Source: an uncultured Gammaproteobacteria bacterium (lineage in GTDB: Bacteria; Patescibacteriota; Microgenomatia; Levybacterales; GWA1-39-11). From it: DNA of 64,000 nt. Position numbers and translations under genes: made by a program. How positions within the stretch are numbered: the first letter of the stretch is position 1; every line of letters starts with the position of its first letter. The stretch spans positions 2,219-66,218 of the forward strand of contig CAYYLC010000003.1 in the NCBI GenBank assembly GCA_964472415.1. The letters are read 5' to 3'. Below the pieces are notes generated by a model, which saw only the letters and a list, made by a program, of their open reading frames with translations, did no database searches and was not told the origin of the DNA. Of the stretch, positions 46,300 to 55,505 are shown one piece after another.

Positions 46300-47535
46300 G
46301 TGGCATATGTAGTGCGCGATAAAATCCAATTTCTCTCTGAGGCGAGCAAGATCCTTTCTTCAACCCTTGATTATAATGTGACCTTGGTGAGTGTAGCAAA
46401 GCTTGTGGTTGAGGGAATTGCTGATTTTTGCATTATCGATATTGCGGAAGGTGAAAAAATGGAGCGGGTTGTAGTAAGGACTTCTCGAAAATCAGATCAA
46501 AGGCTTGCAAATAAAATGTTTAATTTTCAACCCGACCCGAAAAATAAGTTTGCTATTTATGACGCTGCAAACACTGGTTCATCAATTCTTATTGAGAAGG
46601 TTACGAAAAAATGGCTCAAAACTATCTCACGGATACAAGAAGAGCAGGAGATAGTAGAAAAACTAGAACTTAAATCATTTATTTTTACTCCACTTATCTC
46701 TCGAGGAAAAATTATCGGGGTACTTACTGTTGGTTCTAGTAGGCAGGGATTCTCCTACACTGTAGATGACGTACTTTTCGTGGATGAACTTGCTGGGAGA
46801 GCCGCACTTGCAGTAGATAATTCTCGATTATTTTCTGAAGCACAACAAGCGATTCAAACTCGAGATGAGTTTATGTCTATTGCTTCGCATGAGCTGAAAA
46901 CTCCTCTTACGAGCATTCTTCTTACTCTCCAATTTGCGCACCGGAGACTTTTGAAGCAGGATGCACATAAGAACGTCCTGAATGCAATAGAAACCGGAAT
47001 CTTACAAACTCGAAGACTTTCAGGACTTATGAATGATCTTCTCAATATTTCGGTTATATCTACTGGGAGATTAAAAATTCAAAAGGAAGAAACAGAGCTG
47101 ATAGGGCTTTTAAATGATGTAATTTTGTGGTTTGAGCTGCAGGCAAAAAATAGTGGAGTAAAAATTATTTTTAAAATAAAACGGAAGAAGATCTGGGGAT
47201 TTTGGGATAAGGTGCGACTTGAAGAAGTATTCTCAAATTTAATTTCCAATGCTATTAAGTATGGGAACAATAAACCAGTAACAATAGAAGTGTCACTCAA
47301 GGAAAATATGGCAGTTATTAAAATAAGTGATGAGGGAATTGGAATTGAAGCTGAGGAGAGAGAGAAAATATTCGGATTATTTCGAAGAACTGTAGCAGCA
47401 CGTGAATTTAAAGGAATGGGTGTAGGACTTTATATAAGCTATCAGGTCGTGAAGGCTCATAAGGGAACGATGTCTGTCGAGAGTACGCCAGGAAAAGGGT
47501 CAATGTTTGTCGTGAAGCTCCCTCTCCGATTTTAA
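46300..47535 (+). CDS. cytoplasmic GAF-domain sensor histidine kinase
   Basis: H-box ASHELKTPLTS. N, G1 and G2 boxes (GMGVGLYIS). An N-terminal GAF-like region. No TM helix. Confidence 0.8.
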   Translation: MAYVVRDKIQFLSEASKILSSTLDYNVTLVSVAKLVVEGIADFCIIDIAEGEKMERVVVRTSRKSDQRLANKMFNFQPDPKNKFAIYDAANTGSSILIEKVTKKWLKTISRIQEEQEIVEKLELKSFIFTPLISRGKIIGVLTVGSSRQGFSYTVDDVLFVDELAGRAALAVDNSRLFSEAQQAIQTRDEFMSIASHELKTPLTSILLTLQFAHRRLLKQDAHKNVLNAIETGILQTRRLSGLMNDLLNISVISTGRLKIQKEETELIGLLNDVILWFELQAKNSGVKIIFKIKRKKIWGFWDKVRLEEVFSNLISNAIKYGNNKPVTIEVSLKENMAVIKISDEGIGIEAEEREKIFGLFRRTVAAREFKGMGVGLYISYQVVKAHKGTMSVESTPGKGSMFVVKLPLRF

Positions 47536-48086
47536 ATTCTTACAAGGCTCTCAATTTTTTTTGCTTTGTTTTTCATAAAAAGATTGTTTAATTGTATTAT
47601 GAGATTCAAAGAATTCAGTATCTTGCAGCATAAGTTTAATAACAATAAATGGTTTGCAGTAACTGGATTGAGAAAGATAGAGAAAAAGGTCCGAGAAATT
47701 GAGATAAAAAAATTTAGGATGGAGCGAAAAGAGACGGTAGGATGGTCTGCATAAATAGTATTGAGTTTTGAAGGAGAGAGATATAAATCTATACAGAAAA
47801 ATAATGTACCATGCACACAATGAAACAATATATATTCATAAAAACGAAAGCTCCAAGTAAGATCCAGAAACTATTCAGTATGTTTAGAGCACGCAGAGAG
47901 CTCCAAAGAAACCGGACGATGATAGCGGCAAATGAAAAGATCACTGATTACTTCAGAACTTCTCAAAACGGTAAGAAGATAATACATCTTTACTAGAAGA
48001 GATCTTTTGAGAAGTAATAAACTATCGCCCACTTGTTTGATACGGTGGGTTTTAGTTTGAGATTCAGAGAAGGAGGTGGTTAAGAA

Positions 48087-48299
48087 ATGGCAGAAAGAGT
48101 TGAAGAGCATCATCATTATGAAGGGAGGAGAAGTAGCTCTCTAGCAGTAATCCTTGGAGGAGTGCTCGTAGTGGGATTCGTGATAGTTTTATTGTTCATA
48201 TTGGGAAGTGGGTTTTTTGGCGGAAAAGAAACTATGAATCCAACTATAGGTGTTCCAGATCAAATTGATGTAAATGTGGATGGTGCAGATATCCAGTAG
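48087..48299 (+). CDS. small membrane protein
   Basis: Strong RBS GAGAAGGAGGTG. One TM helix. Confidence 0.35.
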   Translation: MAERVEEHHHYEGRRSSSLAVILGGVLVVGFVIVLLFILGSGFFGGKETMNPTIGVPDQIDVNVDGADIQ

Positions 48300-48325
48300 A
48301 TAAGATACGGTTTGCTTGCAGGAAG

Positions 48326-50503
48326 TTAATTTTTTGCAATTGTGAGTCTTCCTGTATGTTGCAGTTTTGTCCATGCGATTATTTCTCCTCTGAGTGCATT
48401 GAGAATAGCTGTGAAGAGTACAATATACATAATTTGCGTATAGGGAAATCTTAAAAATACAAAATAAAACAAAGGAGTTTTCTTGTGCGGTGATAAGATA
48501 GATGCTACTAATATTACACTGAATTGAATAAGAAGATAGAGCCCGAGAAAAATGAGCGTAAGTGTTCGTTCTCCGATGAGAAGATTGTAAATAATAAGAA
48601 TATCGACAAGTGGACTGAGCAGAATTGATGGGATCTGTAAAAATGCATAGCGCGGGAATAAGATGATTCCGAAGAAGCCATATTTTTTATTGAATAATGC
48701 GTCTTTATGTTTGAAGATAACTTGTAGATTTCCAAAATTCCATCTCAATCTTTGGGTGAATAATTGATTAAGTGAGGTGGGAGCTTCTGTATACGCGACA
48801 GCTTTATCTGCGTATTTCACTCTATATCCTTTCTTAATGATGCGGAGGCTTAAGTCATAATCTTCAGCATGGGTTTGCTTATTGAATCTTCCCGCTTTTA
48901 TAATAGCACTTTTTCTCCATGCACCAAAAGCACCTGGGACAATCGGTACTACGCCAAATATATCACTTATCCTTTTTTCAATACTCTGTGCGACTATGTA
49001 TTCTATATTTTGAATTCTAGTAAGGAAGTTATTAGGATTTCCCACTAAAAGATGTCCTGCAACAGCGCCAATTTCTTTATCGGTAAAATACTGAACAATT
49101 TTATTTATAGAACTAGTTCGAAGTCTGGTATCAGCATCAATACAGACGAGAATCTTTCCTTTTGCATGCTTTAATCCGAGATTGAGTGCTAAATGCTTTC
49201 CACTTTTTTGTGTGTTTAAGATTGTTACTTTTTTATTTTTTATCTTTTGTGCCTCTTGAAGACTGTTATCACTACTTCCATTATTTATTACAATAATCTC
49301 TATATTCTTATAGCTATTTCTGAGTACGGATCGTATGGTTGCTTTTATGGACTTTTCTTCGTTATGCATCGGGATAATTATAGATATAAGACATTTGTAT
49401 TTCCCTTTCTTGTTAGTGGTCTTTCTTTTCAGATTTATTTTACCACTGAGTGCGAGCGTGAGTATGAAAAAAGTATGAATAAGAACAACTACAAACCCAA
49501 TAGCAAATCCTTGCCTCAGTAAATTTGGAGCTTGTTTATAGGTATCATATGCAAAAAATGCCATACCTGCAAAGAGTTTATCTGCATAGCTTGCCTCGGC
49601 AGAAACAGGGAGATTATTTTGCCTTGCAAGCGCTGAAATTGTCGTAAATTCATAACCTCGCATTTTATAAAATTTTATAATTTCTGGAAGTGATTCTATG
49701 GTTGTCGTCCTTTCCCCTCCAGCGTCATGAAAGAGGATGACAACGGTCCTTACATGAGAAGTAGTGGCGCGTTTTATAACCTCTTCCTTAGTAGTGTTTT
49801 CGAGCCAGTCCAACGAGTCTACTGTTGGGGCAGAAATCGTAAACCCTCTTTTGTATGCTTCTCCGATGTATTGGAGAGAGTTGTATGATAGCCTATCTTC
49901 GACTCCTACATATGGAATTCGAAAAATGAGTGGCTTATACCCAAAGTAGTGAACAAATATTTTTTCTGTAAAGTCTAACTCTTTTACGAATTCTAATTGT
50001 GATAATTCTTCTTCATTTGGATTCTCAAAATGTGAGAAAGTGTGAGTTCCAATATCAGATCCTTGATCAATGATTTCCCGGACAATGTCGGGATATTTGT
50101 ATGTTTGTAATCCTGTTACAAAAAATGTCCCTGGAACATTTTCTTGGGATAGAACTTCCAGGATTTTTGGAGTAAATTCTGGATCAGGACCATCATCAAA
50201 TGAGAGAACAACCTGTTTTTTTTCTTCACCGAATCGTTTAATATACTCTTCACCATAAACATTTTCTATTGTGAGAAATGTTCCTTGGTTCAAGACAGGG
50301 CGTTCCTGAGCATTAATTTCTTCAATTGCAGCATCTACCTGTGTGTCAATAAGTGTATTTTTTGCACCAAATGGGGACGTAATATATGAAACGACCGAAA
50401 ATGTTGCAAACAAAGTTATAAAAAATATTAAAACGATGCTAAAAAGTTTAATTTTTTTCCAACGCTTCCCTGTGTCATAGAATATAGGTTTTCTTTTTTT
50501 CAT
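48326..50503 (-). CDS. polysaccharide deacetylase (NodB) fused to processive family-2 glycosyltransferase (PgaC/IcaA-like poly-beta-1,6-GlcNAc synthase type)
   Basis: NodB motif VVLSFDDGPD. GT2 motifs ISIIIPMHNEE and CIDADTRL. Processive-synthase QxxRW (TQRLRWNFG). N-terminal and C-terminal TM helices. Confidence 0.8.
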   Translation of the reverse strand: MKKRKPIFYDTGKRWKKIKLFSIVLIFFITLFATFSVVSYITSPFGAKNTLIDTQVDAAIEEINAQERPVLNQGTFLTIENVYGEEYIKRFGEEKKQVVLSFDDGPDPEFTPKILEVLSQENVPGTFFVTGLQTYKYPDIVREIIDQGSDIGTHTFSHFENPNEEELSQLEFVKELDFTEKIFVHYFGYKPLIFRIPYVGVEDRLSYNSLQYIGEAYKRGFTISAPTVDSLDWLENTTKEEVIKRATTSHVRTVVILFHDAGGERTTTIESLPEIIKFYKMRGYEFTTISALARQNNLPVSAEASYADKLFAGMAFFAYDTYKQAPNLLRQGFAIGFVVVLIHTFFILTLALSGKINLKRKTTNKKGKYKCLISIIIPMHNEEKSIKATIRSVLRNSYKNIEIIVINNGSSDNSLQEAQKIKNKKVTILNTQKSGKHLALNLGLKHAKGKILVCIDADTRLRTSSINKIVQYFTDKEIGAVAGHLLVGNPNNFLTRIQNIEYIVAQSIEKRISDIFGVVPIVPGAFGAWRKSAIIKAGRFNKQTHAEDYDLSLRIIKKGYRVKYADKAVAYTEAPTSLNQLFTQRLRWNFGNLQVIFKHKDALFNKKYGFFGIILFPRYAFLQIPSILLSPLVDILIIYNLLIGERTLTLIFLGLYLLIQFSVILVASILSPHKKTPLFYFVFLRFPYTQIMYIVLFTAILNALRGEIIAWTKLQHTGRLTIAKN

Positions 50504-50508
50504 ATTAT

Positions 50509-51270
50509 TTATCTCCAGTTAACTTGTGATGTGGTTATGATTTCTTTCCAAGGCCCTTCTGGGACCTCTGCCTCATTTACAAATTGCCAATCTACATAAT
50601 CATTTGTAGCCATATGAAGGCAGCCTTTCAGGGCTGGTGAAAGATCTATTCCTGCACGCTCGTTTTTCGGTTTTGCAGACCCAAATACATATTCGATATC
50701 ATTATCTTCAAAGGGGCCAACATCTTCCCATTGGGCATAGCAAATTTGATCATTGTGTTTGATTCGAATCCATCGATTTTTTAGATAAGAATAATCTCCT
50801 GTAATTTCAGTGAAATACCAGGGGATTCTGGTAGCGTTTTCTTTTCTTCCTGAATCAGAAAAATCATTATAGGGAAGGGCAAAGTAGAAAGGATTTTGTT
50901 TGGGGATGAATCCTTTTGGATAATTTCCCTCTCGTGTATAGGGGTTGTCTATTCCCCCAAAATTGTCTAACCAGTGAGTATCCCATGCGCTTGCTTCGTT
51001 GGGGATGTAGTCATTTTCGTCTGTAGCTTTTTCTCCAACCCAAAACATCGTGGCATAAATATCCCGATGTACTGGATAAGCATGAGACCATATGGGTGTT
51101 GGAGGAAAGGATGTGGGGGTAGGCGTAATTGTGATCAAGTTATTATTTGACCGAGCATATTTTTCTTTTGCATCATTATGAGTGTTTGTTGCTACGAGAA
51201 TCCAGCCCAAAAAAATACCAGCAATTATTCCTGCTAATATAGTTAAAAAAATAATTCTCTTTGAATTCAT
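50509..51270 (-). CDS. hypothetical signal-anchored protein downstream of GT2 synthase
   Basis: ORF with an N-terminal TM helix. Separated by 5 nt from the synthase gene. Confidence 0.4.
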   Translation of the reverse strand: MNSKRIIFLTILAGIIAGIFLGWILVATNTHNDAKEKYARSNNNLITITPTPTSFPPTPIWSHAYPVHRDIYATMFWVGEKATDENDYIPNEASAWDTHWLDNFGGIDNPYTREGNYPKGFIPKQNPFYFALPYNDFSDSGRKENATRIPWYFTEITGDYSYLKNRWIRIKHNDQICYAQWEDVGPFEDNDIEYVFGSAKPKNERAGIDLSPALKGCLHMATNDYVDWQFVNEAEVPEGPWKEIITTSQVNWR

Positions 51271-51546
51271 GTATAACTACTCCTTATTACTTAATTTTAT
51301 TTGGGGGAGAAACCCAATCGAATATTTGGTGGTATAGTTTAACATATTTATACATAGATTGATACTATTTTTAGTCCTATAATTTATGTTCGTTCTATCT
51401 ATATTATAAATTCCTTATGGAGAATATTTATGAGAAATGTAAGAAATTGTTTAAGAGGCTCTATAGCCATTCGATGTGATAGAAAATACGTATAGTTTTG
51501 AGTTGTATGAAATTTTTGTCAAACACGCTATAATGGATATATCACC

Positions 51547-52149
51547 ATGTTGCGAAAAATAAACCCTATTGTTCTTGCTTTTATTTTTTCTGAGGCATTT
51601 TTTTGGTCTGCTTGGAATTTAGTATCTCCAATAATTGCGGTCTACGTCGTTAGTACTTTGCCGAGCGGGACTGTGCAGACGGCAGCTTTCGGATTCACGC
51701 TATATTTATTGGTTAGAGTGATAGTTGGATTATTTGTGAGCAATTTGGTTAAATTCCCCTCTGATAGAAAACGTATGATTACTGATGCAGTCGGTATGGT
51801 ACTCCTTTCTTGTTGCTATCTTTTGATTGCATTTATTCCGAGTATCGTAACTTTTTATATTTTCTTTATTATTGCCGGAGTAAGTTTTGGAATATCCTCA
51901 CCTGCTAAATATCCGATGTTCTCACTAAATCTTAATAGACAGCAGGCATCTAGAACGTGGAGTACGTATGATGCTATAACATTTACTGGGATGGGAATCG
52001 CGATTGCTTTCGGAGGAGTGATAGCAACGAAATTCGGTTTTAAGGCGTTATTTATATTATCAAGCTTCGTAAATCTAATAGGGATTTTGCCTTACTGGGT
52101 TTATAATTCTCTTCACAAAGATCACAAGCATTTTATTGCCGAGCGGTAA
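51547..52149 (+). CDS. polytopic membrane protein (MFS-like six-helix unit)
   Basis: About six TM helices. Confidence 0.4.
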   Translation: MLRKINPIVLAFIFSEAFFWSAWNLVSPIIAVYVVSTLPSGTVQTAAFGFTLYLLVRVIVGLFVSNLVKFPSDRKRMITDAVGMVLLSCCYLLIAFIPSIVTFYIFFIIAGVSFGISSPAKYPMFSLNLNRQQASRTWSTYDAITFTGMGIAIAFGGVIATKFGFKALFILSSFVNLIGILPYWVYNSLHKDHKHFIAER

Positions 52150-52296
52150 TGAATGAAAACAACCTTTCTTCAACAATAATCAATCCTGGTAGCGTATTTA
52201 ATATTAAATGTCAGTAGGGAATCAAGGAATGGCCTCTTAAACTGATTAAGATAACGAAAGTAAGTAATTATTTGGTATTCTGCTATAATTGGCTTC

Positions 52297-53394
52297 ATGA
52301 ACTTATCAGTAGGAATTGTAGGTCTCCCGAATGTAGGGAAATCTACACTTTTTAATGCGCTTTTGAAAAAGCAGGCGGCACTTGCTGCCAACTATCCCTT
52401 TGCTACAATCGAACCAAATACTGGTATTGTTCCGGTCCCGGATGAACGTTTAGAAAAACTTGCTGAGATAACTAAATTAGAAGAGGGTATGCAGAGTTTG
52501 CCACCTATAAAATGTGCTACTGTAGAATTTGTAGATATTGCAGGGCTTGTGAAAGGAGCTTCAGAAGGGGAAGGATTGGGAAATAAATTCTTGTCTCACA
52601 TTCGTGAGGTAAGAGTCATTGCGCATGTGGTACGCGCATTTGAGGATAGTAATGTCATAAAAGAAGGTGCAGTGGATCCAAAAAGTGATTACGAAACGAT
52701 AAGGTATGAACTCCTTCTTTCAGATCTTCAGACGCTTGAGAACATTAATGAAAAAACTCTTCGTTATGATAAAGTAAAAGCGTCAGCCGTTTCAAAGCTA
52801 AAAGAAGCGCTTTCTAGTGGGAGTGTCATTGGTGCAAATCTTACTAATGAAGAGTATGAAAGAATACGTGAGTTAAATTTGCTCTCCCAGAAAGAAGAAA
52901 TAATTGTATTAAATGTAGCAGAGGATGATTATTCGGAACAAAAAATTTCAGAAATCATTACGCAGTATTCAGAAATTTTAGGATTTGATAAAAGTCAGTT
53001 TGTCGTAGTTTCTGCAAAGATAGAATCAGAGCTTGCAAGTTTAAATACATCTGAGCAGAAGGAATATCTTCAAGATTTGGGAGTCGAGATTTCTGGGCTT
53101 GAGCGATTGATTAAAAAAGCATATGAACGATTGGGGCTTATTTCGTTTCTTACAGCAGGAGAAAAGGAGGTCCGTGCATGGACTATTAAAAATGGGAGTA
53201 GTGCAGTTGAGGCAGCAGGAGAGATCCATACAGATTTCATGCAGAAATTCATAAAAGCAGAGGTCGTTTCATTGCAAGATTTTAGAGAAAATAACGGATG
53301 GAAAGGAAGTCGTGAGAAGGGAAGAGCTCGACTCGAGGGGCGTGATTATATTGTGCGCAACGGTGATATAATAGAGTTTAAGATAGGGAGGTAG
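52297..53394 (+). CDS. ychF: ribosome-binding ATPase YchF (Obg family)
   Basis: GIVGLPNVGKSTLFNAL and a TGS-like C-terminus. Confidence 0.9.
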   Translation: MNLSVGIVGLPNVGKSTLFNALLKKQAALAANYPFATIEPNTGIVPVPDERLEKLAEITKLEEGMQSLPPIKCATVEFVDIAGLVKGASEGEGLGNKFLSHIREVRVIAHVVRAFEDSNVIKEGAVDPKSDYETIRYELLLSDLQTLENINEKTLRYDKVKASAVSKLKEALSSGSVIGANLTNEEYERIRELNLLSQKEEIIVLNVAEDDYSEQKISEIITQYSEILGFDKSQFVVVSAKIESELASLNTSEQKEYLQDLGVEISGLERLIKKAYERLGLISFLTAGEKEVRAWTIKNGSSAVEAAGEIHTDFMQKFIKAEVVSLQDFRENNGWKGSREKGRARLEGRDYIVRNGDIIEFKIGR

Positions 53395-53395
53395 T

Positions 53396-53845
53396 ATGGA
53401 GCGCGGATATTTTTATGGTGCAGTAGAAGAGGCAGAAAAGATTATTTCTGATGATCGGTATTTTGATCTTATAGCTCCTGATCGATCTCTTGAAGTAATT
53501 TCATATCATATACAACGACACGTAGTCCCAAATTTGTCAAGGTATGAATTTGAAGCTGAAAAGTTAGAATCATACAGCTTTTTAGCAGATTATGTGAATA
53601 CAGCTTTAGATGCTCATGATGAACGCGGTGAAAGATCTCGAGCAGTTCGAATAAAGCTTAATGCAAATCAGCTTGAAGATATTATGAGTCTTCCGATAGA
53701 CGAAAATTTAGAATTACGCTATCGGTTTGAAGTAAGAGATTCCATGAGTGATATACAGAAAGCATATGAAACGGAACTCGCAAAAAATCAGCAAAAAGAC
53801 GGGAAAATTAAAAAATTATTTAATAAAATGAGACGAAAAAAATGA
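53396..53845 (+). CDS. hypothetical protein
   Basis: ORF only. The stop overlaps the HIT gene start. Confidence 0.4.
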   Translation: MERGYFYGAVEEAEKIISDDRYFDLIAPDRSLEVISYHIQRHVVPNLSRYEFEAEKLESYSFLADYVNTALDAHDERGERSRAVRIKLNANQLEDIMSLPIDENLELRYRFEVRDSMSDIQKAYETELAKNQQKDGKIKKLFNKMRRKK

Positions 53846-54156
53846 AAAACTGTATATTTTGTAAAATAATCCGAGGCGAAATTCCTTCTACGGTGCGATA
53901 CGAAGATGAGAAGATAATTGCATTTAATGATGTGAATCCTATGAAAGACGTTCATGTATTATTTATTCCGAAAGAGCATATAGAAGTATTTGAAAAAATT
54001 TCTGATGATAGTATATTTCCCTCAATTCGAAAAGCTATTCAGCAAATTATTACAGAAGAAGAGCTAGTTGGAAAAGGGTATAAGATCGTTGCGAATGGAG
54101 GAGGGCATCAAGAAGTAGACCACCTTCATTTTCACCTCATAGGACCACAAAAATAA
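53842..54156 (+). CDS. HIT family protein
   Basis: CIFCKII N-terminus and the histidine triad HLHFHLIG. Confidence 0.8.
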   Translation: MKNCIFCKIIRGEIPSTVRYEDEKIIAFNDVNPMKDVHVLFIPKEHIEVFEKISDDSIFPSIRKAIQQIITEEELVGKGYKIVANGGGHQEVDHLHFHLIGPQK

Positions 54157-54795
54157 TATTCTGGACTTTCTTCTCATTACATTCTGATTTATGAGATTTT
54201 TTGGAATATAAAAGGTTGCCCCCGCAAAAGCTTAGAGCTCATACGGGGGCGAATAAAAAGAGAAATATTTACCAAAAGAAAAAAAATCAGAGAGCAAATC
54301 CCTGAAATAGCTTTTGGTAAAGAGTGACAATGTGTGAATGTTCTTAGTGGACACAGACTAATTTGTCTTGTTGGCCGACTTTTTATTACTCGTTCCCTCC
54401 CTGAAGTCGAGGATAAAAAGGGGCCAAAAGCTCCTGACGTGCTCCGTTTGCACGGGGAGTAGGGTCCTCCTTTGTTAGTGACGTGGAACGCCACCGAGAT
54501 AATAAATAAATGCGAACTGATGACAGTACGGTTCCCTCTTATCACATAATAAGAGATGCTCGGTCGGTGACCGAATGTGAACCATTTCACTTCTCCTTTT
54601 TAACGTGCTGACTCTTCAAGAGTCGCGATTCCCAAATACTGGAATAGAAAAATAATTATTCTATTACTCTAACTTGAGAATTCGGGTATTCTAGCATAAC
54701 TTGCAAGAGCGGTCAAGTATTATAGGTTAATTTAATAGTGTCTATTATTTACGAAGGCTCGGATATCGTTCCTTTAATTTTTTATAAATTTGCGC

Positions 54796-54801
54796 TATAA
54801 T
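54796..54801 (+). promoter_or_regulatory. candidate -10 element for rpsU
   Basis: A perfect TATAAT 37 nt upstream of the rpsU ATG. The -35 is only AT-rich (TTTAAT at a 17-nt spacer). Confidence 0.35.
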
Positions 54802-54838
54802 AGACGCATATCTTGTAGTAAGAGGGGGTGTTTTTTAT

Positions 54839-55018
54839 ATGGTATATATTAAGAAAAAACCAGGAGAGTCTCCAGACTCTATGATTCGAAAATTCAGCAG
54901 ACAGGTTATGTCTGAAGGAATAATTCTTGAAATGAAAAGAAGAGAGTTTCATCTCAAGCCTTCTCTTTCGAAAAAATATCGCAAGGAGTTAAATCGGAAG
55001 ATGAAAAATATCATCTAA
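54839..55018 (+). CDS. rpsU: 30S ribosomal protein S21 (59 aa, below ORF-track threshold)
   Basis: Manual translation gives MVYIKKKPGESPDSMIRKFSRQVMSEGIILEMKRREFHLKPSLSKKYRKELNRKMKNII*. RBS AGAGGGGGTG. Confidence 0.8.
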   Translation: MVYIKKKPGESPDSMIRKFSRQVMSEGIILEMKRREFHLKPSLSKKYRKELNRKMKNII

Positions 55019-55035
55019 TTTTCCCAAGAATTTTT

Positions 55036-55422
55036 ATGGCTACGGTACGTGTTCCTATATACGTTGAGAGCAGATATAAGGTTAATCGTAAAAAGATTAA
55101 AGAATCTGTTCATAAAGTGTTAGATGAGCATAAAATAAATGCGCCATCTGAGGTTTCTGTGGCTATAATCGGGAGTCGGAAAATGCGGGGATTGAATAAG
55201 AAATTTCGCAATATCGACAAATCTACAAATGTTTTGTCATTCCCACAGCGCGAGGGGGATATCGTAGCGCCTGTTGCAAACACGTTATATTTGGGGGATA
55301 TAGTTATTGCATACCCGAAAGTTATCGAGGAGGCAGCTCGTGAGAACATGCTTGTAGATGATAAAATATCAGAACTGGTGGAGCACAGTATGCGGCATCT
55401 TTTGGGAATTCATCATAAGTAG
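55036..55422 (+). CDS. ybeY: rRNA maturation endoribonuclease YbeY-like
   Basis: NVLSFP and the C-terminal HxxxHxxGxxH-like LVEHSMRHLLGIHH. Confidence 0.65.
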   Translation: MATVRVPIYVESRYKVNRKKIKESVHKVLDEHKINAPSEVSVAIIGSRKMRGLNKKFRNIDKSTNVLSFPQREGDIVAPVANTLYLGDIVIAYPKVIEEAARENMLVDDKISELVEHSMRHLLGIHHK

Positions 55423-55505
55423 AAAACTTTCAGTTGAAAAGTGAGAGCTTTGTTTGAATATAGGTTATAACTAGTGTATAAACGATTCACAGCATCTTCG
55501 TCCCT

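Noticed and set aside
47536-48086. Small ORFs (47566..47754, 47811..47996 and antisense partners) in the AT-rich gap after the histidine kinase
   Set aside because: They overlap mutually, have no RBS or motifs, and are Lys/Phe/Ile-rich translations typical of AT-rich non-coding DNA. The region may hold a promoter for 48087..48299 instead.
54189-54590. 133-aa minus-strand ORF in the HIT-rpsU gap
   Set aside because: It lies in a GC-hairpin-rich non-coding region. It has no RBS, odd amino-acid composition, and both neighbours are on the + strand. The region is better explained as structured RNA.
54157-54838. Attempt to call RNase P RNA or tmRNA specifically
   Set aside because: I could not find the P4/CR-I/CR-V consensus (GGAAAGUCCGG, AGGGUG...GGUAAGAGCGCACC, ACAGAACCCGGCUUA) or a tmRNA acceptor/T-arm with CCA and a credible tag ORF. 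A minus-strand frame reading ANGARQELLAPFYPRLQGGNE** ends in a non-hydrophobic residue. It is left as an unassigned candidate ncRNA.
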